Shown here piece by piece: positions 37,737 through 52,600 of a DNA stretch of 64,000 nt. The translations under genes were made by a program, and so were the position numbers. This DNA comes from Eledone cirrhosa (taxonomy: Eukaryota): positions 29,388,001-29,452,000 of the forward strand of contig OZ024744.1 in assembly GCA_964016885.1 (NCBI GenBank), read 5' to 3'. The notes beneath the pieces were generated by a model, which saw nothing but the letters and a program-made list of their open reading frames with translations, did not search any database and was not told the DNA's origin. Numbering within the stretch: position 1 is the stretch's first letter; every line of letters begins with the position of its first letter.

Positions 37737-38445
37737 TCTTTGTTTAAAGACTTCGCTTATATCTTTCTGACCCTAACCCTTCCCCACAATAGCGGTCCTT
37801 GCCGTCCCATTTCTAAAGTTTGCTAGTTGCCGCTAACTTCTTTCTCTTTCGATGACAGCGGGAGAGCCAACCGTACTACTTCCGCTTCCTGGACCACCCA
37901 GGCAGTGGTGATTCTAGTGTCAAATGAAGGGAAGATAACTAAATAAGGATGAGATACCACAGACAGAAAGAGAGGGGGGGGGGGTGACCTAGTGAGAGAG
38001 AGAGAGAAGGCGCGAGAGAGGAAATGACGGGGAGGTAAGAGAGAGTGAAGGGTAATGTAAATATAACACCATACAAACAAACAAATAAATGAAATATTGA
38101 GGGAAAGAGAGAGAGGGAGAGTGTGTATGAGGAAGAGAAAGAAACAGAGAGAGAAAGAAAAATGAGTGAGGGAGAGAGTGTGTGTGTGTATATGAGGAAG
38201 AGGGAGAAAGAGTGAGAAAGAGAAAGAGAGAAAGAGAGCGAAAGAGAAAGAGAGAGAGCGAGGGAGTGAGAGAGAGGGAGACAAAGAGAAAGAGAGCAAG
38301 ATAGAGGGAGAGATGGAGAGAGAGAGAAAGAGAAGGAAAGATAGTGGAGTGGGTTTACTTCCGTCACTATTTATCTTCCTCTCTATCTCTCATATTTCAT
38401 TTAACAACTTTGTTCAACTTCTCCCCACCGCACTTCACCAGACCA
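37455..38445 (+). repeat. Duplicated ~1-kb module, copy 1 (unique sequence + (TC)n + GA-rich tract) heading a pentamer satellite
   Basis: Near-identical to 48498-49620 (the ORF track gives the same 78-aa translation at 37511 and 48554); upstream flanks differ. Confidence 0.95.
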
Positions 38446-41400
38446 CACCACACTACACTACACCACACCACACCACACCATACTATACCACACCACACTA
38501 CACTACACTACACTACACTACACTACACTACACTACACTACACTACACTACACTACACTACACCACACCACACTATACCACACTACACTACAGTACACTA
38601 CACTACAACACACTACACTACGCTACACCACACCACACCACACTATACCACACCACACTACAGTACACTACACTACAACACACTACACTACACTACACCA
38701 CACCACACCACACTATACCACACTACACTACAGTACACTACACTACAACACACTACACTACACTACACCACACCACACTATACAACACTACACTACAGTA
38801 CACTACACTACAACACACTACACTACACTACACCACACCACACTATACAACACTACACTACACCACACCAGACCACACTACACTACACTACACTACACCA
38901 CACTATACCACACTATACCACACTATACCACACTACACTACAGTACACTACACTACACCACACCACACTACACTACACCACACCACACCACACCACACTA
39001 TACCACACTACACTACACCACACCATACCACACTACACTACACTACACCACACCACACCACACCACACTATACCACACTACACTACAACACACCACACCA
39101 CACTACACTTCACTACAACACACTATACCACACTATACCACACTACACTACAGTACACTACACTACAACACTCTACACTACACTACACCACACCACACTA
39201 TACCACACTACACTACACCAGACTACACTACACTACACTACACTACACTACACCACACTATACCACACTATACCACACTACACTACAGTACACTACACTA
39301 CACCACACTACACTACACCACACCACACCACACCACACCACAATATACCACACTACACTACACCACACCAGATCACACTACACTACACCACACCACACTA
39401 TACCACACCACACTACACTACACTACACCACACCACACCACACTATACCACACTACACTACACCACACCAGACCACATCACACTACACTACACCACACCA
39501 CACCACACCACACTATACCACACTACACTACACTACACCACACCACACTACACTACACCACACTATACCACACTATACCACACTACACTACAGTACACTA
39601 CACTACACCACACTACACTACACTACAGTACACCACACCACACCACACCACACCACACTATACCCCACTACACTACACCACACCAGACCACACTACACTA
39701 CACTACACCACACCACACCACACCACACCACACTATACCACACTACACTACACCACACCACACCACACCATACCACACTACACTACACTACACCACACTA
39801 TACCACACTATACAACACTACACTATAGTACACTACACTACACTACACTACACTACACTACACTACACTACACTACACTACACTACACTACACTACACTA
39901 CACTACACTACACTACACTACACTACACTACACCACACCACACCACACCACACCACACTATACCACACTACACTACACCACACCAGACCACACTACACTA
40001 CACTACGCCACACCACACCACACTATACCACACAACACTACACTACACTACACCACACTACACCACTCCACACCACACCCCACCACACTACACCACACTA
40101 TACCACACTACACTACACCACACCACACCACACCACACAACACTATACCACACTACACTACACTACACCACAACACACCACCCCACACTATACCACACTA
40201 CACTACACCACACCAGACCACACTACACTACACGACACCACACCACACCACACTATACCACACTACACTACACCACACTACACCACACTATACCACACTA
40301 CACTACACCATACCAGACCACACTACACTACACTACACCACACCACACCACACCACACTATACCACACAACACTACACTACACCACACTACACCACTCCA
40401 CACCACAACCCACCACACTACACCACACTATACCACACTACACTACACCACACCACACCACACCACACAACACTATACCACACTACACTACACTACACCA
40501 CACCACAACACACCACCCCACACTATACCACACTACACTACACCACACCAGACCACACTACACTACACGACACCACACCACACCACACTATACCACACTA
40601 CACTACACCACACTACACCACACCACACCACACTATACCACACTACACTACACTACACCACACCACACCACACTACACCACACCACACCACACTATACCA
40701 CACTACACTACACAAAAACCACACCACACCACACCACACCACACTATACCATACTACACTAAACCACACCACACCACACTACACTACACCACACTACACT
40801 ACACTATACCACACTATACCACACTCCACTACACTACACTACACTACACTACACTACACCACACTACACTACACCACACCACACCACACCACACCACACC
40901 ACACAACACCACACCACACTACACTATACCACACCACACTACACCGCACCACACTACACTATACCACACCACACCACACTACACCACTCCACACCACTCC
41001 ACACCACACTACACTACACTACACCACTCCACACCACACTACACCACTCCACACCACTCCACACCACACTACACCACACTACACTACACCACACCACAGC
41101 ACACCGCACTACACCATACCACACTACACAATACCACACCACACCACACCACACTACACCACGCTACACCACACCACACCACACCACACTACACTGCACC
41201 ACACCACACTACACTACACTACAGCACACTGCACTACACTACACTATACTATACTACACTACACTACACTACACTACACTACACTACACTACACTACACC
41301 ACACTACACTACACTATACCACACCACAACACACTACACCACACTAAACCACACCATACCACACCACACCACACTACACCACACCGTACCACACTACACC

Positions 41401-42886
41401 ACACTACACCTCACTACACAACACTACACCAGACCACACTACACCACACTACACCACACCAGACCACACCACACTACATCACACTACACCACACCACACC
41501 ACACTAAACCACACTACACCAGACCTCACCACACCACAAAACTACACTACACCACACCAGACCACACCACACTGCACAACACCACACTACACCACACTAC
41601 ACCACACTACACCACACCACACTACGCTACACTACACCACACCACACTATACCACATTACACTATACCACACCACACCACACTATACCACTCCAGACCAC
41701 ACTACACTATATCACACAACACCACACTACACCAAACTACACCACACCACACCACACTATACCACACCACACCACACTACACTACACCACACTACGCTAC
41801 ACCACACCACACTACACCACACCACACTACACTGCACTACACCACACCACACCACACCACACTATACCACACCACACTACACCACACCAAACTACACTAC
41901 ACTACACTATACCACACCAAACCACACTATACCACACCACACCACACTACACCACAGTAGACCACACTATACCACACTATACCACACTACACCACAGTAC
42001 ACTACACAACACCACACTACACTACACTATACTATACCACACCACACCACACTGTACCACACTACACTACACCACGCCACACCACACCACACCACATTAT
42101 AGCACACTACACTACACCACACCAGACCACATCACACTACACTGCACCACACCACACCACACCACACTATACCACACTACACTACACCACACCACACCAC
42201 ACTTCACTACACCACACTATACCACACTATACCACACTATACTACAGTACACTACACTACACCACACTACACTACACTACAGTACACCACACCACATCAC
42301 ACTATACCACACTACACTACACCACACCAGACCACACCACACTACACTACACCACACCACACCACACCACACTATACCACACTACACTACACCACACTAC
42401 ACCACACCACACCACACTACACTACACTACACCACACTATACCACACTATACCACACTACACTACAGTACACTACACCACACTACACTACACTACACTAC
42501 ACTACACTACACTACATTACACTACACCACACCACACCACACCACACTATACCACACTACACAACGCCACACCACACCACACCACACTACACTCCACTAC
42601 ACCACACTATACCACACTATACCACACTACACTACAGTGCACTACACCACACTACACTACACTACACTACACCGCACTATACCACACTACACTACACCAC
42701 ACCAGACCACACTACACTACACCACACCACACCACACCACACTATACCACACTACACTACACCACACCACAACACACCACCCCACACTATACCACACTAC
42801 ATTAAACTAACACCAGACCACACTACACTACACTACACGACACCACAACACACCACACTACCTTACACTACACCACACTATACCAC
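38430..42886 (+). repeat. (CACTA/CACCA)n pentanucleotide satellite, array 1 (runs into the gap)
   Basis: 5-bp periodicity with variants TACCA, GACCA and CAGTA. Confidence 0.97.
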
Positions 42887-43086
42887 NNNNNNNNNNNNNN
42901 NNNNNNNNNNNNNNNNNNNNNNNNNNNNNNNNNNNNNNNNNNNNNNNNNNNNNNNNNNNNNNNNNNNNNNNNNNNNNNNNNNNNNNNNNNNNNNNNNNNN
43001 NNNNNNNNNNNNNNNNNNNNNNNNNNNNNNNNNNNNNNNNNNNNNNNNNNNNNNNNNNNNNNNNNNNNNNNNNNNNNNNNNNNNNN
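42887..43086. other. Assembly gap (200 N)
   Basis: Run of N; the true distance across it is unknown. Confidence 1.
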
Positions 43087-43310
43087 CACCATCAACAACA
43101 ACAACAACATCAACACCATCAACAACAACAACAACAACAACACCATCAACAACACCAAAAGACGTTTTATCCAACAATTCGCCGCCTTCATATAAAAATA
43201 AAATAGGCTTTAAGGAACAGATTCCTCATGAACGCCATGGGTTTGTTAGGTTTAGAAGTAAATCTAAACACTTAAAATGTGTAATTGGTGGAATATGTGT
43301 CTTTAATGTG

Positions 43311-44089
43311 TATGCGAGTGCCGGCTGAAAACTTCATAGGCTGGCTATGACGGAATGATGTTAGGGCTGTGAAATCTTACATACATTAATTTCAACTCTT
43401 CTTATTAATCGGTCGCTCTCCAACAGGTTTGCGGTCGAGCCCGTAGCAGTGGAAACTTCTGGTGACTTTGGCCCTAGGACCATCTCCTTACATCACCATC
43501 GACACGCAGTTGGCTACCCGCGGGGTGGCCAGTGCGTGGGCCCCTAAAATAGTGAGAGATAGAGAGACGGAAGTAGGGACTATACCAGCATTGCTGAAGT
43601 ATTTTGTAGAGTCAATGGTTAAGTGATTTTACTATGTCTGTGTAAGACAAGTATGCTTGCATGTAGTTTGCTCAACTAGTTAGCCCCCAACAATTCCAAG
43701 ATGGTGGTAATTCTCCTTTAAGGAAGAGTGACCCTATTATTAGTCATTGCATTTATCGACTGTTTTTAACGATTTCGAAGCTCCCAATATTCTGTCATTT
43801 TATTTATTACTATCGTTATTATTCTTTTAATTATTACTTGTACCCAGTGATAATATCAATTTTTTTGTCGACTAAATCGGTAGATTTTTTCATGAGAACC
43901 TTGTGTGGCAGACTCCATGTTCGTATGCCAATATGCGAGGTTTCTAATCTGAAGACGACTTGGACAATATTTGCTGACAACCATAACTGCATTGTTTATT
44001 TCCAGTGACTATGTTGAAAAATAAACCTAATTTGGTCATTCCATGAGAGTATCTTGGCCAGCCTATGAACTTTTCAGCCAACCCTTTTA
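43311..44089 (+). mobile_element. Mariner-like transposon remnant
   Basis: Inverted repeats at 43323-43345 and 44057-44079 (23 bp, 1 mismatch), TA-like ends, and the mariner-type C-terminus DYVEK* at 44007-44024. Confidence 0.8.
43408..43521 (+). mobile_element. Short CRE-clade fragment inside the mariner remnant
   Basis: RSLSNRFAVEPVAVETSGDFGPR; aligns to ~27977-28090. Confidence 0.75.
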
Positions 44090-44100
44090 TTGTGCAACGA

Positions 44101-44255
44101 ATTTGCAGAGTTGTTAAAGCGTTGGATAAAAATGTATTGTGGGATACGTTACGGCTTTCTGAGTTCTGAAGTCAAATTCTACCGAAATCAGCTTTACCTT
44201 TTATCCTTTCTAGGTCGATAAAAGAAGCACCAGTCTAGTACAAGGGTCGATTTTC
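44101..44255 (+). mobile_element. Old divergent SINE copy
   Basis: TTCTGAAGTCAAATTCTACCGA..CTTTACCTTTTATCCTTTCTAGGTCGATAAAA resembles 13225-13300. Confidence 0.6.
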
Positions 44256-45110
44256 CCTTTATATATTTTCCTCACTTCCTATCTATCACACTCTGGGGAG
44301 GGGAGAGGTTGCGCCAGGTTTAAATTGCCCAAGACATACTTAATGCCATGATGCCCCTACAATTCAACAAGGAGTCACAGGTCCTAAAAGAAGAATATAT
44401 AAATATTTTACTATGGAACAACAAAGACCGAGTAAATGTAAATTAGTTCTAATCGAATAGACTAATATTCAAAGGCATTCCAGCCGTGACCATCTTTTAT
44501 CTTTTCTGGCAATCATCAGGCCGAAGGGGGCAAACTGGCGTAGTAACGTCCCCTCTCTGATAGGTTTGTAGTTGAGCCTATATTAGAATAGACTTCCGGA
44601 ATTTTTGGTCACCGGAACACATCCCTGCCTACTGCTATCGGAGGAGTGACCCACACAATTAGGAGTGGCTGTTCCAACGCGTCCCTCACCTATTCCTCTG
44701 GGGCAATGTTTTCTTCATTCTGTCCGCTGGGACCAGGAGGCTGACTAACCGTTAAACAGTGAGGTACTCTTTTAATCACAATTTTAACCACAGGTTTTAG
44801 CAGGCGCCTCATCTTTGGCAAATGTTAATCATTTATTTATGGAATATATCATGTAAATACAGTTTAATAGAAAAAATAAAAAGGAATATTTAGACTGAGA
44901 AGAATGGAATGTAAAATAGGGAAATATAGAGAAAAAATAAAAAAAATATGGAAAAGAGAGTGAATGGCGAGGCCTGTAGTGACACAGAAGAATGGGGATG
45001 GCGATTGGGTTCTGGGCCTATGGCTAGGAGGTAAAGGGGTTGCACCCTGCGGAAAAGGCCGCAGAAGCTTCCCCCGGATGTTCTATTCTTTGTATTTGAA
45101 TTCGTGAATT

Positions 45111-45293
45111 AATTGTTTCTACTTTTGGCACAAGGCCAGCAATTACCCAGTACATTACTGGTACTTTATTTTATCGACCCTGCAAGAATGAAAGGCAAAG
45201 TTAACCTCGGCGGGATTTGAACTCAGATCGTAAAGGCCTGTAACTCAATGCTGCAAAGCATGGCGTCCGACACTCTACCGATACTGCCAATCC
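45111..45293 (-). mobile_element. tRNA-derived SINE, second close copy
   Basis: Reverse complement of ~13163-13345 with high identity. Confidence 0.9.
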
Positions 45294-45349
45294 AAAACCT
45301 ATTGGATGTAGTTTGAAATGTAAATGGCTGCAAGTTTTCATTTAGTTGT

Positions 45350-48347
45350 ATAGAGAGTTAGTTATTGACAACCATGTGGTGTTTATACCAGAACTATATT
45401 ATCTCATGTGTAATAGAGATATTGACAACCATGTGGTGTTTATACCAGAACTATATTATCTCATGTGTAATAGAGATATTGACAACCATGTGGTGTTTAT
45501 ACCAGAACTATATTATCTCACGTGTAATAGAGATATTGACAACCATGTGGTGTTTATACCAGAACTATTTAACTCATGTATAATAGAGATATTGACAACC
45601 ATGTGGTGTTTATACCAGAACTATATTATCTCATGCGTAATAGAGAGTTATTGACAACCATCTGGTGTTTATACCAGAAATATATTATCTCACGTGTAAT
45701 AGAGGGATATTGACAACCATGTGGTGTTTATACCAGAACTATATTATCTCATGTATATGACAACCATGTGGTGTTTATACCAGAACTATATTATCTCATG
45801 TGTAATAGAGAGTTATTGACAACCATGTGTTGTTTATACCAGAACTATATTATCTCATGTGTAATAGAGATATTGACACCATGTGGTGTTTATACCAGAA
45901 CTATATTATCTCATGTGTAATAGAGATATTGACAACCATGTGGTGTTTATACCAGAACTATATTATCTCATGTGTAATAGAGAGTTATTGACAACCATGT
46001 GGTGTTTATACCAGAACTATATTATCTCATGGGTAATAGAGATATTGAAACCATGTTGTGTTTATACCAGAACTATATTATCTCATGTGTAATAGAGATA
46101 TTGACAACCATGTGGTGTTTATATCAGAAATATATTATCTCACGTGTAATAGAGAGTTATTGACAACCATGTGGTGTTTATACCAGAACTATTTAACTCA
46201 TGTATAATAGAGATATTGACAACCATGTGGTGTTTATACCAGAACTATGTTATCTCATGCGTAATAGAGAGTTATTGACAACCATCTGGTGTTTATACCA
46301 GAACTATATTATCTCATGTGTAATAGAGAGTTATTGACAACCATGTGCTGTTTATACCAGAACTATATTATCTCATGTGTAATAAAGATATTGACAACCA
46401 TGTGCTGTTTATACCAGAACTATATTATCTCATGTGTAATAGAGAGTTATTGACAACCATGTGGTGTTTATACCAGAACTATATTATCTCACGTGTAATA
46501 GAGGGATATAGACAACCATGTGGTGTTTATACCAGAACTATATTATCTCATGTATAATAGAGATATTGACAACCATGTGTTGTTTATACCAGAACTATAT
46601 TATCTCATGTGTAATAGAGAGTGATTGACAACCATCTGGTGTTTATACCAGAACTATATTTTCTCACGTGTAATAGAGGGATATTGACAACCATGTGGTG
46701 TTTATACCAGAACTATATTATCTCATGTATATGACAACCATGCGGTGTTTATACCAGAACTATATTATCTCATGTGTAATAGAGAGTTATTGACAACCAT
46801 GTGGTGTTTATACCAGTACTATATTATCTCATGCGTAATAGAGAGTTATTGACAACCATCTGTTGTTTATACCAGAACTATATTATCTCATGTGTAATAG
46901 AGAGTTATTGACAACCATGTGGTGTTTATACCAGAACTATTTAACTCATGTATAATAGAGATATTGACATCCATGTGGTGTTTATACCAGAACTATATTA
47001 TCTCATGCGTAATAGAGAGTTGTTGACAACCATGTGGTGTTTATACCAGAACTATATTATCTCATGTGTAATAGAGATATTGACAACCATGTGGTGTTTA
47101 TACCAGAACTATTTAACTCATGTATAATAGAGATATTGACATCCATGTGGTGTTTATACCAGAACTATATTATCTCATGCGTAATAGAGAGTTATTGACA
47201 ACCATGTGGTGTTTATACCAGAACTATATTATCTCATGTGTAATAGAGATATTGACAACCATGTGGTGTTTATACCAGAATTATATTATCTCATGTGTAA
47301 TAGAGATATTGACAACCATGTGGTGTTTATACCAGAACTATATTATCTCATGCGTAATAGAGAGTTATTGACAACCATGTGGTGTTTATACCAGAACTAT
47401 ATTATCTCATGTGTAATAGAGAGTTATTGACAACCATGTGGTGTTTATACCAGAACTATATTATCTCACGTGTAATAGAGGGATATTGACAACCATGTGG
47501 TGTTTATACCAGAACTATATTATCTCATGTATAATAGAGAGTTATTGACAACCATGTGGTATTTATACCAGAACTATATTATCTCATGTGTAATAGAGAT
47601 ATTGACAACCATGTGGTGTTTATACCAGAATTATATTATCTCATGTGTAATAGAGATATTGACAACCATGTGGTGTTTATACCAGAACTATATTATCTCA
47701 TGCGTAATAGAGAGTTATTGACAACCATGTGGTGTTTATACCAGAACTATATTATCTCATGTGTAATAGAGAGTTATTGACAACCATGTGGTGTTTATAC
47801 CAGAACTATATTATCTCACGTGTAATAGAGGGATATTGACAACCATGTGGTGTTTATACCAGAACTATATTATCTCATGTATAATAGAGAGTTATTGACA
47901 ACCATGTGGTGTTTATACCAGAACTATATTATCTCATGTGTAATAGAGATATTGACAACCATGTGGTGTTTATACCAGAACTATATTATCTCATGCGTAA
48001 TAGAGAGTTATTGACAACCATTTGGTGTTTATACCAGAACTATATTATCTCATGTTTAATAGAGAGTTATTGACAACCATGTGGTGTTTATACCAGAACT
48101 CTATTATCTCATGTGTAATAGAGATTTTGACAACCATGTGGTGTTTATACCGGAACTATATTATCTCATGTGTAATAGAGAGTTATTGACAACCATGTGG
48201 TGTTTATACCAGAACTATATTATCTCACGTGTAATAGAGATATTGACAACCATGTGGTGTTTATACCGGAACTATATTATCTCATGTATAATAGAGATAT
48301 TGACAACCATGTGGTGTTTATAGCAGAATTATATTATCTCATGTGTA
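45350..48347 (+). repeat. 57/59-bp minisatellite, about 50 copies
   Basis: Unit TTGACAACCATGTGGTGTTTATACCAGAACTATATTATCTCATGTGTAATAGAG(ATA/AGTTA/GGATA). Confidence 0.97.
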
Positions 48348-48497
48348 TTTCCTTGTATTTCTAAGACAGAAGCTTGAAAGAGAGGGAAATATTTGGCAAC
48401 TATTTCTAGTGAGTTAAGCGACCACATGGAAGTTTCATTAATTTGACTGGTGGTTGACGAAGAATGTGATATTTATTATACTCTGCTTAAAATGTTT

Positions 48498-48705
48498 AAA
48501 TGTCTTTACTACATACAGACTGTGAGTAGTACAACAAAGAGACACTAAGTAAAGTGTGCCTATCTCACCATCCCATAAAATGGGTTTATATTCTCCACTA
48601 TCAAATATCAAACATTTCACGCACGTGGCATTTGGTGTCAGGTTTTCACCAGCAGTGGTCATTGAGGTTAACCGGAGCTCCGTGTGGTGTATGTTTAGCT
48701 AAGCA

Positions 48706-48768
<63 letters not shown>

Positions 48769-49620
48769 CTCTCACTCTCTCTTTGTTTAAAGACTTCGCT
48801 TATATCTTTCTGACCCTAACCCTTCCCCACAATAGCGGTCCTTGCCGTCCCATTTCTAAAGTTTGCTAGTTGCCGCTAACTTCTGTCTCTTTCGATGACA
48901 GCAGGAGAGCCAACCGTACTACTTCCGCTTCCTGGACCACCCAGGCAGTGGTGATTCTAGTGTCAAATGATAACTAAAAAAGGATGAGATACCACAGACA
49001 GAAAGAGAGGGGGGAGGGGGAGCTAGTGAGAGAGAAGGCGCGAGAGAGGAAATGACGGGGTGGTAAGAGAGAGTGAAGGGTAATGTAAATATAACACCAT
49101 ACAAACAAACAAATAAATGAAATATTGATGGAAAGAGAGAGAGGGAGAGTGTGTATGAGGAAGAGAAAGACAGAGAGAGAGAAAGAGAAAATGAGTGAGG
49201 GAGAGAGTATGTGTGTGTATATGAGGAAGAGGGAGAAAGAGTGAGAAAGAGAAGGAGAGAAAGAGAGCGAAAGAGAAAAAGAGAAAGTGAGAGAGAGCGA
49301 GGGAGCGAGAGAGAGGGAGTAAAAGAGAAAGAGAGCAAGAGAGTGGGAGAGAGAGAGAGAGAAAGAGAGTGAAAGAGAAAAATAGAAAGAGAGAGAAAGA
49401 GAGTGAAAGAGAAAAAGAGAAAGAGAGAGAGAGAGAGGGAGTGAGAGAGAGGGAGACAAAGAGAAAGAGAGCAAGAGAGAGGGAGAGATGGAGAGAGAGA
49501 GAAAGAGAAAGAAAGATAGTGGAGTGGGTTTACTTCCGTCACTATTTATCTTCCTCTCTATCTCTCATATTTCATTTAACAACTTTGTTCAACTTCTCCC
49601 CACCGCACTTCACCAGACCA
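48498..49620 (+). repeat. Duplicated module, copy 2
   Basis: Matches 37455-38445, with a longer GA-rich tract. Confidence 0.95.
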
Positions 49621-52600
49621 CACCACACTACACTACACCACACCACACCATACTATACCACACCACACTACACTACACTACACTACACTACACTACACTA
49701 CACTACACTACACTACACTACACTACACTACACTACACTACACCACACCACACCACACTATACCACACTACACTACACCACACCAGACAACACTACACTA
49801 CACTACACTACACCACACTATACCACACTATACCACACTACACTACAGTACACTACAGTACACTACACTACAACACACTACACTACACTACACCACACTA
49901 CACTACACCACACCACACCACACTATACCACACTACACTACACCACACCAGACCACACCACACTACACTACACCACACCACACCACACCACACTATACCA
50001 CACTACACTACACTACACCACACCACACCACACTACACTACACTACACCACACTATACAACACTATACGACACTACACTACAGTGCACTACACTACACCA
50101 CACTACACTACACTACACTACACCACACCACACTACACCACACTATACCACACTACACTACACCACACCAGACCACACTACACTACACTACACCACACCA
50201 CACCACACTATACACACTACACTACACTACACCACACCACACTACACTACACTACACCACACTATACCACACTATACCACACTACACTACACTACACCAC
50301 ACTACACTACACTACACCACACCACACCACACTATACGACACTACACTACACTACACCACACCACACCACACTATACCACACTACACTACACCACACCAG
50401 ACCACACTACACTACACTAGACCACACCACACCACACCACACCACACTATACCACACTACACAACACTACACTACACCACACTATACCACACTATACCAC
50501 ACTACACTACAGTACACTACACCACACTACACTTCACAACACTACACTACAATACACTACACTACACCACACAACACCACACAACACCACACTATACCAC
50601 ACTACACTACACCACACCAGACCACACTACACTACACTACGCCACACCACACCACACCACACTATACCACACTATACCACACTACACTACACTACACCAC
50701 ACCACACTACACTACACGACACCACACTATACCACACTACACTACACCACACCACACTACACGACACTATACTAGACCACACCATACAACACTATACCAC
50801 ACTACACTACACTACACCACACTACACTACACCACACCACACCACACTATATCACACTACACTACACCACACCACACCACACTACACCATACTATACCAC
50901 ACTACACTACACTACACCACACCACACCACACCACACTATACCACACTACACTACACCACACCAGACCACACTAAACTACACTACACCAGACCACACCGC
51001 ACTATACCAGACTACACTACACCACACCACTCCACACAGCACTACAATACACTACACCACACCACACTATACCACACTACACTACACTACACTACACAAC
51101 ACCACACGACACTACACTACACCACACTATACCACACTATACCACGCTACACTACACTACACTACACCACACCACACCACACCACACCACGCCACACCGC
51201 ACTACACTACACCACACTACACTACACCACACGAGACCACACCACACTACACCACACTACAGCACACCACACCACACTACACTACACTACACCACACCAC
51301 ACCACATCACACCACACCACACTACACCACACTACACCGCACTACACTACACTACACTAAACCACACTACACTACACCACAACACACCACACTAAACCAC
51401 ATTACACCACATTACACTACACTACACCACACCATACTATACCACACTACACGAGACCACACCACACTACACCACACCACACCACACTACATTACACCAC
51501 ACTACACTACACCAGATCACACTACACCACACTACACCAAATTACACCACACCACACCACACCACACCACACTACACCTCACTACACCACACTACACCAG
51601 ATCACACCACACCACACTACAGTACACCACACCACACCACACTACACGACACTACACTAGACCATACCACACCCCACTTATACCACACCACACCAGACCA
51701 CACCACACTACACCACAGCACACTACACCACACCACACCACACTATACCACACTACACCGCACTACACTACACCACACTACACCACACTACACCACACCA
51801 CACCACACCACACCAGTCCAGACCACACTATACCACACCAGACCACACCACACTATACCACACCACACTACACCACACTACACCATAGTACACCTCACTA
51901 CACCAGATCACACTACACCACTATACACCACACTACACCACACCACACTAGACCACACCACACCACATTACACTACACCACACCACACTAAACACATCAC
52001 ACCTCACCACACTTATACCACACCACACAAGACCACGCCACACTACACCACACTATACCACACCACACCACACTATACCACACCATACCACACTACACCA
52101 GACCACACCAGACCACACTACACTACACTACACCACACCACACTATACCACACTACACTACACTACACCACACCACACCACACTACACTACACTACACTA
52201 CACTACACTACACCACACTATACCACACTATACCACACTAAACTACACTACACTACACCACACTACACTACACTACACTACACCACACCACATCACACTA
52301 TACCACACTACACCACATCAGACCACACTACACTACAGTAGACCACACCACACCTCACCACACTATACCATACTACACTACATTACATTACACCACACCA
52401 CAGTACACTACATTACCCCACACTATACCACACTACACTACAATACACTACACCACACTACACTACACTACACTACACTACACTACACTACACTACAATA
52501 CACAACACTACACCACACAACACCACACAACACCACACTATACCACACTACACTACACCACAGCACACCACACTACACTACACTACACTACACTACACCA

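Noticed and set aside
37770-37781. Telomeric repeat CCCTAACCCT
   Set aside because: Fewer than two units; not an interstitial telomere.
38313-41507. 1064-aa His/Thr/Tyr-rich ORF (also 49369-50775 and 60943-63765)
   Set aside because: CACTA/CACCA pentamers lack stops in all + frames. Overlapping frames give the same HYTTL/HHTTP pattern and indels are not frame-preserving.
44500-45085. GC-richer islands, possibly LINE UTR fragments
   Set aside because: No ORF or motif that I could assign without a database search.
45350-48347. 57/59-bp repeats as a CRISPR array or coding repeat
   Set aside because: No unique spacers, and mixed unit lengths break the reading frame.
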